DNA of 64,000 nucleotides, taken from positions 5,413 through 69,412 of the forward strand of contig JAZRXD010000089.1 of assembly GCA_045600045.1 (NCBI GenBank), written 5' to 3'. Positions 18,682 to 28,631 of this stretch are shown in pieces. The number at the start of each line of letters is the position of its first letter. Positions within the stretch are counted from its first letter, which is position 1. The DNA is from Bacteroidales bacterium. GTDB taxonomy: Bacteria > Bacteroidota > Bacteroidia > Bacteroidales > UBA1715. The position numbers and the translations under genes were made by a program. The notes under the pieces are model-generated. The model was not told the DNA's origin. It was given only the letters and a program-made list of their open reading frames with translations, and did not search any database.

Positions 18682-21402
18682 TTATTTCACAACAACTTGT
18701 TGAGTCAATATTTCATTATTGGCAAGCATTTTCACCACATACACGCCTGATTCAAAATGTTTTTCCAATTTATAGGAACCATTTGCATCAACAGGCGAAG
18801 TCTGAAATAATTTTCTTCCGTTTAAATCAAAAACTTCGAAAGAAACAACAGGAGCTTCGGTTTGATAATTAATGGAAACCAACGACTGTGTATCGCAATA
18901 AACAGACATTGAACGTCCAACTCCTTTCACATCGTCGATTGCTGTCGCAAAATTAGAAACGCCAAGAATATCAATATAATCGAATTGAATCCACGTCCAA
19001 CTTGCTTTTATTGTAATGGTATTTTCACCTTTCTTTAACGGCATTGTCATTTTCAAGATTTCCCAATCCTGACATTCCTCAAAAGCTACATTTCCCAAAT
19101 TCGTTTTATTTGCGAACAGCAATTCTTCCTTGTAACCATATTTTGCTTTGTAACAAATACAAACTTGATAATCACCATCTTCAGGTGCTACAATACCTGA
19201 GAATTGTACATAATTAAATTCCTGTAAATCAAGGTACTTTGAACCACTACAGAAATCATCAGCTTGCACCGAACTTCCTGATTTATCATTCAACAAAGCT
19301 TTTTCAGCTTCGAAGCGTGTTTTTTTCATATTCGTAACCGAAATAGTCAAAATTTCCGATTTTGCCGAATTGTATTCCGCATCCAAATTATTATTGTAAA
19401 CTATTCCGTAGAATGAATAATTTCCAAGTTCATCGGGTGCAGTCCACGAAAAGGAAAATGGAGCTTTTGTTGCTGTTTCGCACAATTTATCGTTCACATA
19501 AAATTCTACTTTTTCCACCGAAAAACCACCAGGAGCTGCCGCATTCGAAAGAATTTCGAGTTCATCGCCAGGAGTTGCCAAAACGCCAGATTTTGACGTT
19601 AATTTTATTGTTGGTTTTGCAGGCACAACAGTAAAATGAATTGTCTGGGAGGCAACATTTTCAGGATTAGCATTATCAACAATTTTCAACGTATAATCCT
19701 TAGTTTCGCTCAACATAACTTTTGCGGCAGAATTCGGATCAACTTGAACATCATTCAAATATGCTTTAACATCTCCACCTGTTTCCCATGAAAATGTTAC
19801 GAAAGAGCCACCTTCTGCAGTAATTTCTCCCGTTCCTTTTGTAGAACCGAACGATTTAATACCGAAATCCGATGATTGAACATCAAGTTTGAATGGTGTT
19901 ACCGGCAAATACGAATCGTACATAGGAACAGACATATACAAATTCATTCCACCAGGGCAACGGTTCCATGCATAATATATCGTTGCAATGTCAGCCTCGC
20001 CTTTTTCTACTTTCACATGGGAGTCATCAATTCTCGTAGCTTTTGCAATCGACGATTTACCATTCACATCAACAATTTGAAACCATGAAACACTATCACT
20101 TTCAATAGAAACGCCTTCCAACTTGCTTTCTGCTGTTTTCTTGTATTCATACATTTTCAGCGATTGACCAACCTTTTCCGCAACATCAAAACGAATTGTA
20201 ACCGAACCATCTTCGTTTTTCACAAAATCCAATGGTCTTGGACTATATGCTCCTTCCATAGCATTACCATACACCAACTTTTCGACAGCCAAAGCCAAAC
20301 GAGTTCCAACAGTTTGTTTGTCGGTAGGATGGATATTTCCAGCCAAACCTGCGTCAATTGTAACAATTTGAGCAGAATTCGTCAACAAGTCAAGAGATTT
20401 TGTTTGTTGTTCACGCATAATTATCCATGGATCCGAAGCAATTACACTCGACGGTTTGTTGTCGATTTCCGAACGAGTTTCGGATTTGTAATTCGGCAAC
20501 TGAACCCAAATAACAGGGAAATCCATATTCCACAAATTTCTATATGAATTAATCATATTGTTGAATTGTTCGCAATATACTTTCGCGTCATTCTCATTAT
20601 CGCAGTTCGATTCAGCCTGATACCACAACATTGCTTTGAATGGAATTCCAATAAGCGGATTAACCATTTTATTGAAAATCAGAGTTGGTTGGCGTTCGCT
20701 TTCACCTGCCGCCAATTTTATGTCACCAGAATCGTAACCAAGCATTTCTTTGCTCATCCACGCCTCTACACGAGCACCACCATACGAAACATTCAAAATT
20801 CCGAAAGGAATATCTTTATAAGACTCCCGTTTTTTCAATTCTTTCACACAGAAATATGCAGCTGCCGAAAATCCACCAACATAGGCCGATGTAGCTGGAC
20901 GCCAAGCTGTTGAAGGCAATTCGTCGGACAATTCCGAAGAAACACCTTTTGAAACCTTCATTTGACGAATCGTCTCATCATCCGCTTCGTTTTTCACCAA
21001 TTGATAATCGTTGCAAGATTGCACTTCCAATTCCATATTCGATTGACCGGAACAATAAAACACTTCGCCGAAATACACATCTTTATACGTTGCAACAAGT
21101 TCTTGGTTTGCATAAAAATTCATATCGAACGGACCGCCGTAATTCGTTGCAGGAAAACTAATTTTCCATTTTCCATTCTCATCGGCAATCACTGTGTCGG
21201 ATTTTATGTTATTCCATTCTGCAGAAATAGCAACACCATTGTCGGCAGTTCCCCATATTGGCACAACAACATCACGTTGCAAAACCATACCCGATTGGAA
21301 TAATTTACTTGTTTTAAAATTTTGAGCACTTACATTCAATGTCGCACCAAAAAAAAGAGTAGCCATAAATAACTTAACAAAACGTAAATCTTTATTTTTC
21401 AT
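18682..21402 (-). CDS. Sialate O-acetylesterase (SASA/SGNH) domain protein with Ig-like and CBM35/CBM6-like modules and a T9SS CTD
   Basis: CSGQSNME, WYQAESN, WVQLPNY and NIHP catalytic blocks; RFEAEKA carbohydrate-binding module; FDLNGR...SGVYVVK CTD. Confidence 0.85.
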   Translation of the reverse strand: MKNKDLRFVKLFMATLFFGATLNVSAQNFKTSKLFQSGMVLQRDVVVPIWGTADNGVAISAEWNNIKSDTVIADENGKWKISFPATNYGGPFDMNFYANQELVATYKDVYFGEVFYCSGQSNMELEVQSCNDYQLVKNEADDETIRQMKVSKGVSSELSDELPSTAWRPATSAYVGGFSAAAYFCVKELKKRESYKDIPFGILNVSYGGARVEAWMSKEMLGYDSGDIKLAAGESERQPTLIFNKMVNPLIGIPFKAMLWYQAESNCDNENDAKVYCEQFNNMINSYRNLWNMDFPVIWVQLPNYKSETRSEIDNKPSSVIASDPWIIMREQQTKSLDLLTNSAQIVTIDAGLAGNIHPTDKQTVGTRLALAVEKLVYGNAMEGAYSPRPLDFVKNEDGSVTIRFDVAEKVGQSLKMYEYKKTAESKLEGVSIESDSVSWFQIVDVNGKSSIAKATRIDDSHVKVEKGEADIATIYYAWNRCPGGMNLYMSVPMYDSYLPVTPFKLDVQSSDFGIKSFGSTKGTGEITAEGGSFVTFSWETGGDVKAYLNDVQVDPNSAAKVMLSETKDYTLKIVDNANPENVASQTIHFTVVPAKPTIKLTSKSGVLATPGDELEILSNAAAPGGFSVEKVEFYVNDKLCETATKAPFSFSWTAPDELGNYSFYGIVYNNNLDAEYNSAKSEILTISVTNMKKTRFEAEKALLNDKSGSSVQADDFCSGSKYLDLQEFNYVQFSGIVAPEDGDYQVCICYKAKYGYKEELLFANKTNLGNVAFEECQDWEILKMTMPLKKGENTITIKASWTWIQFDYIDILGVSNFATAIDDVKGVGRSMSVYCDTQSLVSINYQTEAPVVSFEVFDLNGRKLFQTSPVDANGSYKLEKHFESGVYVVKMLANNEILTQQVVVK

Positions 21403-21488
21403 ACACTTAAAATGTTTAATTCAATTTTCAATTAAGTTTCGAAAAATACAAATTTTATCTATATTTACCGCAATCAAAATTTGCAGTT

Positions 21489-21824
21489 ATGAAAAACATA
21501 GAATTGGATCCCGAAAAAATGTTCTACTCCATTGGCGAAGTAGCTAAAATGTTTGACGAAAATGCATCGTTGATTAGATTTTGGGAGAAAGAATTCGACA
21601 TTATAAAACCAAAGAAAAACGCAAAAGGCAACCGTCAATTCACACCTGCGGATATTGAAAATTTCAAATTAATCCACTACTACGTAAAAGATTTGGGATT
21701 GACACTCGAAGGCGCCAAGAAAAAGTTAAAAGAAGGAAACGACGAAGGTGTTGCAAAAATGCAAATCGTTGAAAAGCTTACTTCTATAAAAGCAAAGCTT
21801 ATCGATTTGAAATCAAATATGTAA
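21489..21824 (+). CDS. MerR-family HTH transcriptional regulator
   Basis: YSIGEVAKMF..NASLIRFWEKEF, GNRQF and GLTLEGAK motifs. Confidence 0.9.
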   Translation: MKNIELDPEKMFYSIGEVAKMFDENASLIRFWEKEFDIIKPKKNAKGNRQFTPADIENFKLIHYYVKDLGLTLEGAKKKLKEGNDEGVAKMQIVEKLTSIKAKLIDLKSNM

Positions 21825-21877
21825 AAAACATAAACGAGATATAACCTTGAAGGCGTATATCAATACTCAACGATATA

Positions 21878-22690
21878 TTATTTCCAAGAATAAAACGTTG
21901 CTTTTCCGTTAAATTTAACAAGGACAGAATCAACGGAATAGGCATAAAATCTACCTAACGCATCGCCAACCAAATTTGATTCGGGATTATCTGGAGCTGA
22001 GAAAAATCCCGAACTGGAATTCGACATAGCCAACGTATTGTAATAATTGTAGGCTGCCATATCTATCGATTCCAAGAAGAGTTTCAACGTATCGGTTTCC
22101 TTATATTCATCAATATATGTCGCAACACGAATACTTTGACCGTCAAACAATTCGTCGCACGTAACGTTTGACGAAACCAAAGTGTCATTTTTGTAACTAC
22201 GAAGTTTGTAATAATTTGCTGTGCCTTTCGGATCGGTGATATATGCATAAATATCAAATAAATTCGACAACGAATCCGACGGTGTGTACCAGTCCGACAA
22301 AGACGAATAATCTACCGTGACGCTATCCCACAACAATGGTTTCGGCATATAAGATTCTGCAGTAATAAACGTCGAGCCAATCGCTACAGCCAACGAATAC
22401 ATTGTTTCCGAAGGGAAATCGTACGTTATTGAATAATGACCGACAGAATCTTCTTTCAACGTAAAAATCGTATCGTTAAACGCAATCGTCACCTCGGCGC
22501 CATTAACATACGGAATATTCTTAGGATTCAAATAGCTGGTAGTTTTTGAAAGAATAACCGAAGCATTTTTCTGCGAAACAGTCGCTTCAACAACATACCG
22601 AGCATCAGCTGTATTCAAATCCACATCTATTATTTCGGTACACGAATAACAGAAAATCAAAATGAACAATATGTAAAATTTACTTTTCAC
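21878..22690 (-). CDS. DUF4249-family lipoprotein
   Basis: Lipobox YSC-TEIIDVDL, YITDPKGTANYY, DELFDGQ and PESNLVGDALGRF; paired with a TBDR. Confidence 0.8.
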   Translation of the reverse strand: MKSKFYILFILIFCYSCTEIIDVDLNTADARYVVEATVSQKNASVILSKTTSYLNPKNIPYVNGAEVTIAFNDTIFTLKEDSVGHYSITYDFPSETMYSLAVAIGSTFITAESYMPKPLLWDSVTVDYSSLSDWYTPSDSLSNLFDIYAYITDPKGTANYYKLRSYKNDTLVSSNVTCDELFDGQSIRVATYIDEYKETDTLKLFLESIDMAAYNYYNTLAMSNSSSGFFSAPDNPESNLVGDALGRFYAYSVDSVLVKFNGKATFYSWK

Positions 22691-22692
22691 TT

Positions 22693-25002
22693 CTAAAATT
22701 TAAAATCCCACGAAACAGATGGTATTATTGGGAACAAGGTGATTTTTACAGCCTGCAGGACATCAGGATTTTCTTCATCAACTTGTTCAAAATATATCAT
22801 ATACGCATTCTTTCGATTGTACACATTATAGATAGAGAACGACCACGATGATTCAAATCGATCGGTCTTTTTGTTTGTTCGCGTAGCACCCAAATCCAAT
22901 CTGTGATAAGCCGGCATTCGGTAACCATTTCGTTCGGTATAATACGAAACGTATTCGCCGTCAACCAAATATTTTCCCGAAGGATATGTTACAGCATCGC
23001 CGGTTGAATAAACCCACGAAGCCGACAATTGCCATCTTTCGTTCAACTTGTACATTGCAACAATTGAAATGTCGTGGATTCTGTCGTAACGAAGCGGGAA
23101 CCATTTTCCCGAATTTATTTCCTTAAACTGTTTTTCTGACTTCGATAACGTATATGAAACCCAACCTGTCCAATCGCCGAAATTTTTCTTCGCAAACAAT
23201 TCTATACCATACGAACGGCTGTGTCCGTACAACAAAAAAGCTTCGATATTAGCATTTAGGAACAAATTCGTACCGTTTTCATAATCAATTTGATTACGCA
23301 TTCGTTTCCAATAAACTTCAACAGATGTTTCGAACATATTGTCCATAAAATTGCGGAAATAACCAGCCGAAACTTGCGAACACGTCTGAGGTTTAACTTT
23401 ATTTGTACTTGGCATCCAGTAATCGATTGGCAAACTTGCCGTTGAACTTTGTACCAAATGCATAAATTGGCACGTTCTCGTATATGCCGCCTTAATAGAA
23501 CTTTCGCTGTTTATTCGAGCCGTCAAACTTACACGAGGTTCCAAATTCGGATAATAATCAACCAATTCGCCACGCGAGAAAACGGTACTATCAATTTTTT
23601 CGTGATTGGCATCATATTCATATTGTGTCGCGCGGCCAACAAGCATAAAATTTGAAAAGCGAAGCCCATATTGTAATTTCAATACATCTCTAATATTTTG
23701 TAAATTATCAATATACAGATTCGCATCGAATGCAGTTTTTTTCTCCAAATCGACAGGTTGTTCCAGCATCGATGTTGTAAGATGTCCCGGCGCGAATCTG
23801 TGGAACGTCACGTTTCCGCCATAATGAATCGTATTGTTCGTCAAACGATATTCATACTCTTGCTTTAAATTCAAATCAGTTACACCTGTCGTCAATTTCG
23901 CATCGGCAATTGACATATTCAAAGTGGTTTTAGAACTATAACGACTGAAAATCAACGACGTAGTACTTTTCATTTTATTCGAAGGCAAATTAATCCACGA
24001 CAACGTTGCCGTGGCATTTCCACCATCGGTACCAAACATATCTTTGAATTTGAACATATCACGCCCAATATATCCCGATAAAGTCAATTTGTTTTTTTCG
24101 TCAATCACATCCGAAACTTTAAAATTCAAATCGTAGAAATACAATTTAGTTTGATGTAACGAAGTGTCGCGAGCCAATTTCAAAAACAAATCGGCGTATG
24201 TTCTACGACCAGCCACCAAAAACGAACTATTTCCACGTTGAATCGGTCCATCAATCTCAAAACGAGAAGAAATCAAACCTACGCCACCTTGACCGTGAAT
24301 TGCTTCCATTCCACCTTCACGCATCGAGACATCAAGCACGGAAGACAATCTACCACCATATTCGGCAGACATGCTACCTTTATACAACTGAGCATCTTTT
24401 ATTGCATCGCCATTGAACACCGAAAACATTCCCATCATATGCGAAGCATTGAAAATCGGTGCATCGTCAAGCAAAATCAAATTTTGATCGGCTCCACCGC
24501 CACGAACATAATAGCCACTTCCACCCTCGCCTGCACTTTTTACTCCAGGCATAAGTTGCAAGGTTTTCAGCACATCGTTTTCGCCAAACAACACCGGAAC
24601 CATTTTGATTTCCTGCATATTTAAAGTTTGCACGCCAACCTGTGTTGACGAAATGTTATAATCGCGAACGGTAAAAGTAACAACCACATTGTCGATTTTT
24701 ACCGCATCAGGCGAAAGACGAACATTTTTTTTCAAAGCATCCGATAACGTAATATCAATATTTTGAGCAACATAACCCAAATAGGAATATTCAACCTTAT
24801 ACGTTCCTTTTGCAACTCCGATTGAATAAAAACCTTTTTCGTTTGTAAATGTTCCGATTGAAGTTCCAACAACCGCAACCGATGCACCAACCAACGGCTC
24901 TCCGGAAGTAGCATCTTTCACAACGCCACTCAACGTTACTTTTTGAGCCATTGAAAACAACGACAACAATAAATAAATATGTAAAAGATAGTATCTTTTC
25001 AT
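22693..25002 (-). CDS. TonB-dependent receptor with an N-terminal carboxypeptidase-regulatory-like domain
   Basis: SGVVKDATSGEPLVGA, DVLKTLQLMPGV, VRGGGADQNLILLDD, YGGRLSSVLDV and a C-terminal WDFKF. Confidence 0.92.
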   Translation of the reverse strand: MKRYYLLHIYLLLSLFSMAQKVTLSGVVKDATSGEPLVGASVAVVGTSIGTFTNEKGFYSIGVAKGTYKVEYSYLGYVAQNIDITLSDALKKNVRLSPDAVKIDNVVVTFTVRDYNISSTQVGVQTLNMQEIKMVPVLFGENDVLKTLQLMPGVKSAGEGGSGYYVRGGGADQNLILLDDAPIFNASHMMGMFSVFNGDAIKDAQLYKGSMSAEYGGRLSSVLDVSMREGGMEAIHGQGGVGLISSRFEIDGPIQRGNSSFLVAGRRTYADLFLKLARDTSLHQTKLYFYDLNFKVSDVIDEKNKLTLSGYIGRDMFKFKDMFGTDGGNATATLSWINLPSNKMKSTTSLIFSRYSSKTTLNMSIADAKLTTGVTDLNLKQEYEYRLTNNTIHYGGNVTFHRFAPGHLTTSMLEQPVDLEKKTAFDANLYIDNLQNIRDVLKLQYGLRFSNFMLVGRATQYEYDANHEKIDSTVFSRGELVDYYPNLEPRVSLTARINSESSIKAAYTRTCQFMHLVQSSTASLPIDYWMPSTNKVKPQTCSQVSAGYFRNFMDNMFETSVEVYWKRMRNQIDYENGTNLFLNANIEAFLLYGHSRSYGIELFAKKNFGDWTGWVSYTLSKSEKQFKEINSGKWFPLRYDRIHDISIVAMYKLNERWQLSASWVYSTGDAVTYPSGKYLVDGEYVSYYTERNGYRMPAYHRLDLGATRTNKKTDRFESSWSFSIYNVYNRKNAYMIYFEQVDEENPDVLQAVKITLFPIIPSVSWDFKF

Positions 25003-25003
25003 A

Positions 25004-26125
25004 TTAAAATCTTTTTTCTGATAATTCAGATTGATTTTCTATCCATTTACGAATTGGAATTTTAAATTCCATTCCAATTGAATCAACCTGTGATATCCAA
25101 TTTTGATAATACATTGAATCATGTAATAAAATCGGATTATATTCACTTATCAACTTTATATGTTCTTCTGTAGGATTTAATAAAATTTCTTTTACATCTA
25201 ACGAACATTGTATCAACGTTTTAAAAATCTTTGGAATGGGCTTTTCCAACATTTTCCCATCTACATATTTTATTTGTCCTCCAGCAGAAAAAATATCTCT
25301 TATATTCGGCATAACAACCTGTCTATACGAACACAACCACAGAGTTGCCTGATTATATTTTTTCGTTGATTTTTGAGGATTAATAGTTTCTGGGAAAAGA
25401 ATTAAACACATTGCCAATAGATACTGACGTTCCTTTAATGAAAGCGAATTCCACAATCGAATATTAAATGACATCGGAGAATCGACAGAATCATTTGTCA
25501 ACCACCAAGGCATTTCTTGTTTTCCTTCTTTCTTAGCTTTTGCTCTATAATAATGGCGAACTTTTTCTATACTATCAGGAGATGTTCTTAATTCATCATA
25601 GGTTGTTTGCATTTTTGAAAATATAGATTCTCCCGGCTTTAAATCCATATTTATCAAATATCGCGGAGAATGCGTAACAGCAATATCATACAAGACATCT
25701 TGATAGGGACGACACTTAAATTCTGGTGGAGTTCCCCCTAACTTACCAAAGAGCATATAAATATCCTCCACAGTTTCTACTCGTGTTGATTCAACGATAC
25801 TACTTCCAGTGGAGATCCAATGGTTTTTGTCTGTAGATTTCACTTCTACACCATAGTATTTTTCAGCAACTATATCTGGAAATTTTTGTCCCGAGACCAA
25901 TCTTATTTCATTTGGATCAAAAGGTGTGTCATTGCATGCTTTTTTGATAACATCTTCCGCAATTTGTTCTAATTTACTTGAAGATATACCCTTATACAAG
26001 GATTCGTTTTTTTGAGAATTCTCATTTAAAATATTCTCCGTTTTTTGCATCAATTCAGAAAATGCCAAATTTGCTTGCTGTGTATCTGTTTTCCGAATTG
26101 TAATAATGTTTGTTGCGGCTTTCAT
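25004..26125 (-). CDS. Putative type II restriction endonuclease (PD-(D/E)xK)
   Basis: KFPDIVAEKYYGVEVKST fits PD..(E)xK; ATGA-coupled to a C5 methyltransferase. Activity is inferred. Confidence 0.65.
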   Translation of the reverse strand: MKAATNIITIRKTDTQQANLAFSELMQKTENILNENSQKNESLYKGISSSKLEQIAEDVIKKACNDTPFDPNEIRLVSGQKFPDIVAEKYYGVEVKSTDKNHWISTGSSIVESTRVETVEDIYMLFGKLGGTPPEFKCRPYQDVLYDIAVTHSPRYLINMDLKPGESIFSKMQTTYDELRTSPDSIEKVRHYYRAKAKKEGKQEMPWWLTNDSVDSPMSFNIRLWNSLSLKERQYLLAMCLILFPETINPQKSTKKYNQATLWLCSYRQVVMPNIRDIFSAGGQIKYVDGKMLEKPIPKIFKTLIQCSLDVKEILLNPTEEHIKLISEYNPILLHDSMYYQNWISQVDSIGMEFKIPIRKWIENQSELSEKRF

Positions 26126-27480
26126 TCTTTTTTAAAATATAAACTCCACAAATTCTGAATTCGATTTGCTATATTGTAAGCCAAAACAGGCGGAACTGCA
26201 TTACCTATTACCTTATATGCGCCCGACGGACTTACTGCAAATTTTTTTGAATAATCTTTATAAAAAACAAAAGGATAATCTGGTGGGAATGTTTGTATTA
26301 AAGCACACTCTCTAGGTGTCAATCGACGTTCCTTTAAACTATTATTCAATTCTTCATAATTTGTACCACCATTTTCTTTTGAAAGTCTTCGATATTCTAT
26401 ATTTCCATGATGTTCCGAGCGAATTGTTGGTCCTAAACCATCTAAATTTATTTCACTTTGCCCCTGACAATGTTTCCCCATGAATTTAGCTTGGGAATAA
26501 TAACATTGCGATAAATCCATAGAATCATCTGGCTCTTTTAAATCCTCAAAAACATCTCTACACGTTACTGGTGGCAGCAATTCCGATTTTTTATTTGTAT
26601 AACTATGAGTAGGTTTCGGATATGGGTTATACTCTTCAGGAATTTCATTCTGCAATAAAATAGTTTTTGCCCGTTCGTTTAATGCAGATTTTCGAATACC
26701 GATAAAAATAACCCTTTCCCTCGTCTCTGGAACGCCATAATCACCTGCATTCAATACTTGGGGAGATAATACTATATAATCATTTCCATCTGCCGAAGCA
26801 AAATCTTTTTGAATTATTTCTTTTACATCTCCTAAGCTAACCAATCCTTTTACATTTTCAGCTATAAAAATCTTTGGTTTAACAATGTCAATGACTTGCT
26901 TCATCCAAAAATAAAGTTTTCCCCGTGTTTCTTCTGACGGAACATCGCTATTTATGCGTTCTCCATCATGCGACATAGAAGAATTAAAGCCTTTTCTTTT
27001 TCCAGCAACACTAAAATCTTGACAAGGAAATCCTCCAGTAACAATATCAACATCAGTAGGGAAAACATTCACCCCACTTTTTTGCAACTTTACCAAATCC
27101 ACAATACTTTCCGTATGATAAATCTCCATAGGAACATTATAGCGTTTCATATATTTCAACCAAGTTGCTTGCGCTTCCTTTAAAATGTCATTTGCAAAAA
27201 TTGTTCTAAATCGGTTTCTCTTTAAAAGCACCCAATGATCATTAATTACCCTTTCTATCCAAGGACTATTAAGAGGAATTGACTTTTTATTACAAATAAA
27301 ATTACCCTCGAAACCAATATCCATCCCTCCACAACCAGAAAACAAAGACAACATCTTTAATTCTCCATCACGGCAGTCCTTTTCCCAGTCATTTGAAAAC
27401 CAAAATGATAATTGCGGTTCATTGACAACATCAGAAAATGTATTCTTCGTTTTTTCGTATGTTTTTTCTTCTCCTTTCAT
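26122..27480 (-). CDS. DNA (cytosine-5)-methyltransferase, M.BepI-like
   Basis: Motifs I FSGCGG, IV GFPCQDFS, VI ENVKG, VIII PETRERV, IX RRLTPRECALIQTFP and X GNAVPP. The ORF can extend to 27501. Confidence 0.95.
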   Translation of the reverse strand: MKGEEKTYEKTKNTFSDVVNEPQLSFWFSNDWEKDCRDGELKMLSLFSGCGGMDIGFEGNFICNKKSIPLNSPWIERVINDHWVLLKRNRFRTIFANDILKEAQATWLKYMKRYNVPMEIYHTESIVDLVKLQKSGVNVFPTDVDIVTGGFPCQDFSVAGKRKGFNSSMSHDGERINSDVPSEETRGKLYFWMKQVIDIVKPKIFIAENVKGLVSLGDVKEIIQKDFASADGNDYIVLSPQVLNAGDYGVPETRERVIFIGIRKSALNERAKTILLQNEIPEEYNPYPKPTHSYTNKKSELLPPVTCRDVFEDLKEPDDSMDLSQCYYSQAKFMGKHCQGQSEINLDGLGPTIRSEHHGNIEYRRLSKENGGTNYEELNNSLKERRLTPRECALIQTFPPDYPFVFYKDYSKKFAVSPSGAYKVIGNAVPPVLAYNIANRIQNLWSLYFKKE

Positions 27481-27530
27481 GGTATCAAAAATAAAACACA
27501 TTTATTACAATACAAAGAAAATTTGTTTCA

Positions 27531-28319
27531 TCAATATCGAATCACAAAATCCTGTTTTACAATACCTTCACGGAAAAATACCAAGCCTTGTTTGCACAAA
27601 TCTATACTGACAGCCACACGTTTGTCGGCAATAATAGTATTCCAGGCATCACGCATTCCATCGCTCCACGAAATATCATCGAAAATTAAGATGGTATTTG
27701 AGGAACAATACGGATAGATTTGTTCAAAATAGCGCAATGTAGCCTCTTTCGTATGATTGCCGTCAATAAACGCGAAGTCAACTTGTTGCATATTTTCCAA
27801 AGATTGGGACAACGTGTCGTTGAAATTTCCGACAACAATTTCAACATGTTCCGTTCCACAAACTTTCATAGTCTCGCGAGCTATTCCAGCTATCGTTTCG
27901 GAACCTTCAAGCGAAATGAATTTTGCATTGTTTGCACCCGTTGCAAGATATGCCGTGCTAATTCCCAACGAAGTTCCTAATTCCAAAATGGTTGTCGGTT
28001 TGTAACGATTTACCAAATTATACAGCAACTTGGCATATTTACCTTTCGACAGACTCGTTCTTGCTATATAACTGATTTTCCGAACATTAGACGCATTTTG
28101 CTTTGAACCTGCACCAAAATCCTGAATGGATATTTCTGATGAATTTTTCAATAATTCTTTGCGTCGCACTTCTATGCAAGCAAACGTTTTTTTGTCGTTT
28201 TTAGCACGTAAAACCGACTGGATAAAATCATACACAAACGGAGAATGAATGCGGTGTCCGAATTTATGTCCAGACGTTATTAAATAATCGATTGTTTTTT
28301 TCGCCAAAAATGTATTCAT
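27531..28319 (-). CDS. Class I SAM-dependent methyltransferase (Methyltransf_24-like)
   Basis: ILELGTSLGIST, VDFAFIDGNH and IFDDISWS motifs; N-terminal HRIHSPFVYDF. Confidence 0.85.
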   Translation of the reverse strand: MNTFLAKKTIDYLITSGHKFGHRIHSPFVYDFIQSVLRAKNDKKTFACIEVRRKELLKNSSEISIQDFGAGSKQNASNVRKISYIARTSLSKGKYAKLLYNLVNRYKPTTILELGTSLGISTAYLATGANNAKFISLEGSETIAGIARETMKVCGTEHVEIVVGNFNDTLSQSLENMQQVDFAFIDGNHTKEATLRYFEQIYPYCSSNTILIFDDISWSDGMRDAWNTIIADKRVAVSIDLCKQGLVFFREGIVKQDFVIRY

Positions 28320-28510
28320 AGATCTGCAGACTCCAAATTCTGTTCAAACAAATAAGCATGGCAATTACAATCGTGTTTGATGTATTTATATCTTTTTTTG
28401 GCAACTTTCGATGCCTTTTGTGCTTGGCTCATTGGTTTACAAGAAACGCAAAAGCAACCAACAAACAACAACAAAAAAAGTATTTTCAGATATGATTTCA
28501 TCATTATCAC
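28316..28510 (-). CDS. Small basic putative lipoprotein
   Basis: Signal peptide ending VS-C, Lys-rich body and HDCNCH. Its stop overlaps the next ATG (ATGA), and a -7 box lies at 28533-28540. Confidence 0.5.
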   Translation of the reverse strand: MIMMKSYLKILFLLLFVGCFCVSCKPMSQAQKASKVAKKRYKYIKHDCNCHAYLFEQNLESADL

Positions 28511-28606
28511 CTACAATTGAAAGGTAACGAGGCAAATATAACAAAATAAAGGGTAAAAATCAGTTAATTTCACTCTTCAAAAAAGTGCTTGACAAAAAGT
28601 ATTTCT

Positions 28607-28614
28607 TACTTTTG
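28607..28614 (+). promoter_or_regulatory. sigma-A -7 box for the radical SAM operon
   Basis: TACTTTTG 17 nt before the ATG at 28632; divergent from TATATTTG (minus strand) at 28533-28540. Confidence 0.6.
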
Positions 28615-28631
28615 CACAAATTTATTACGTA

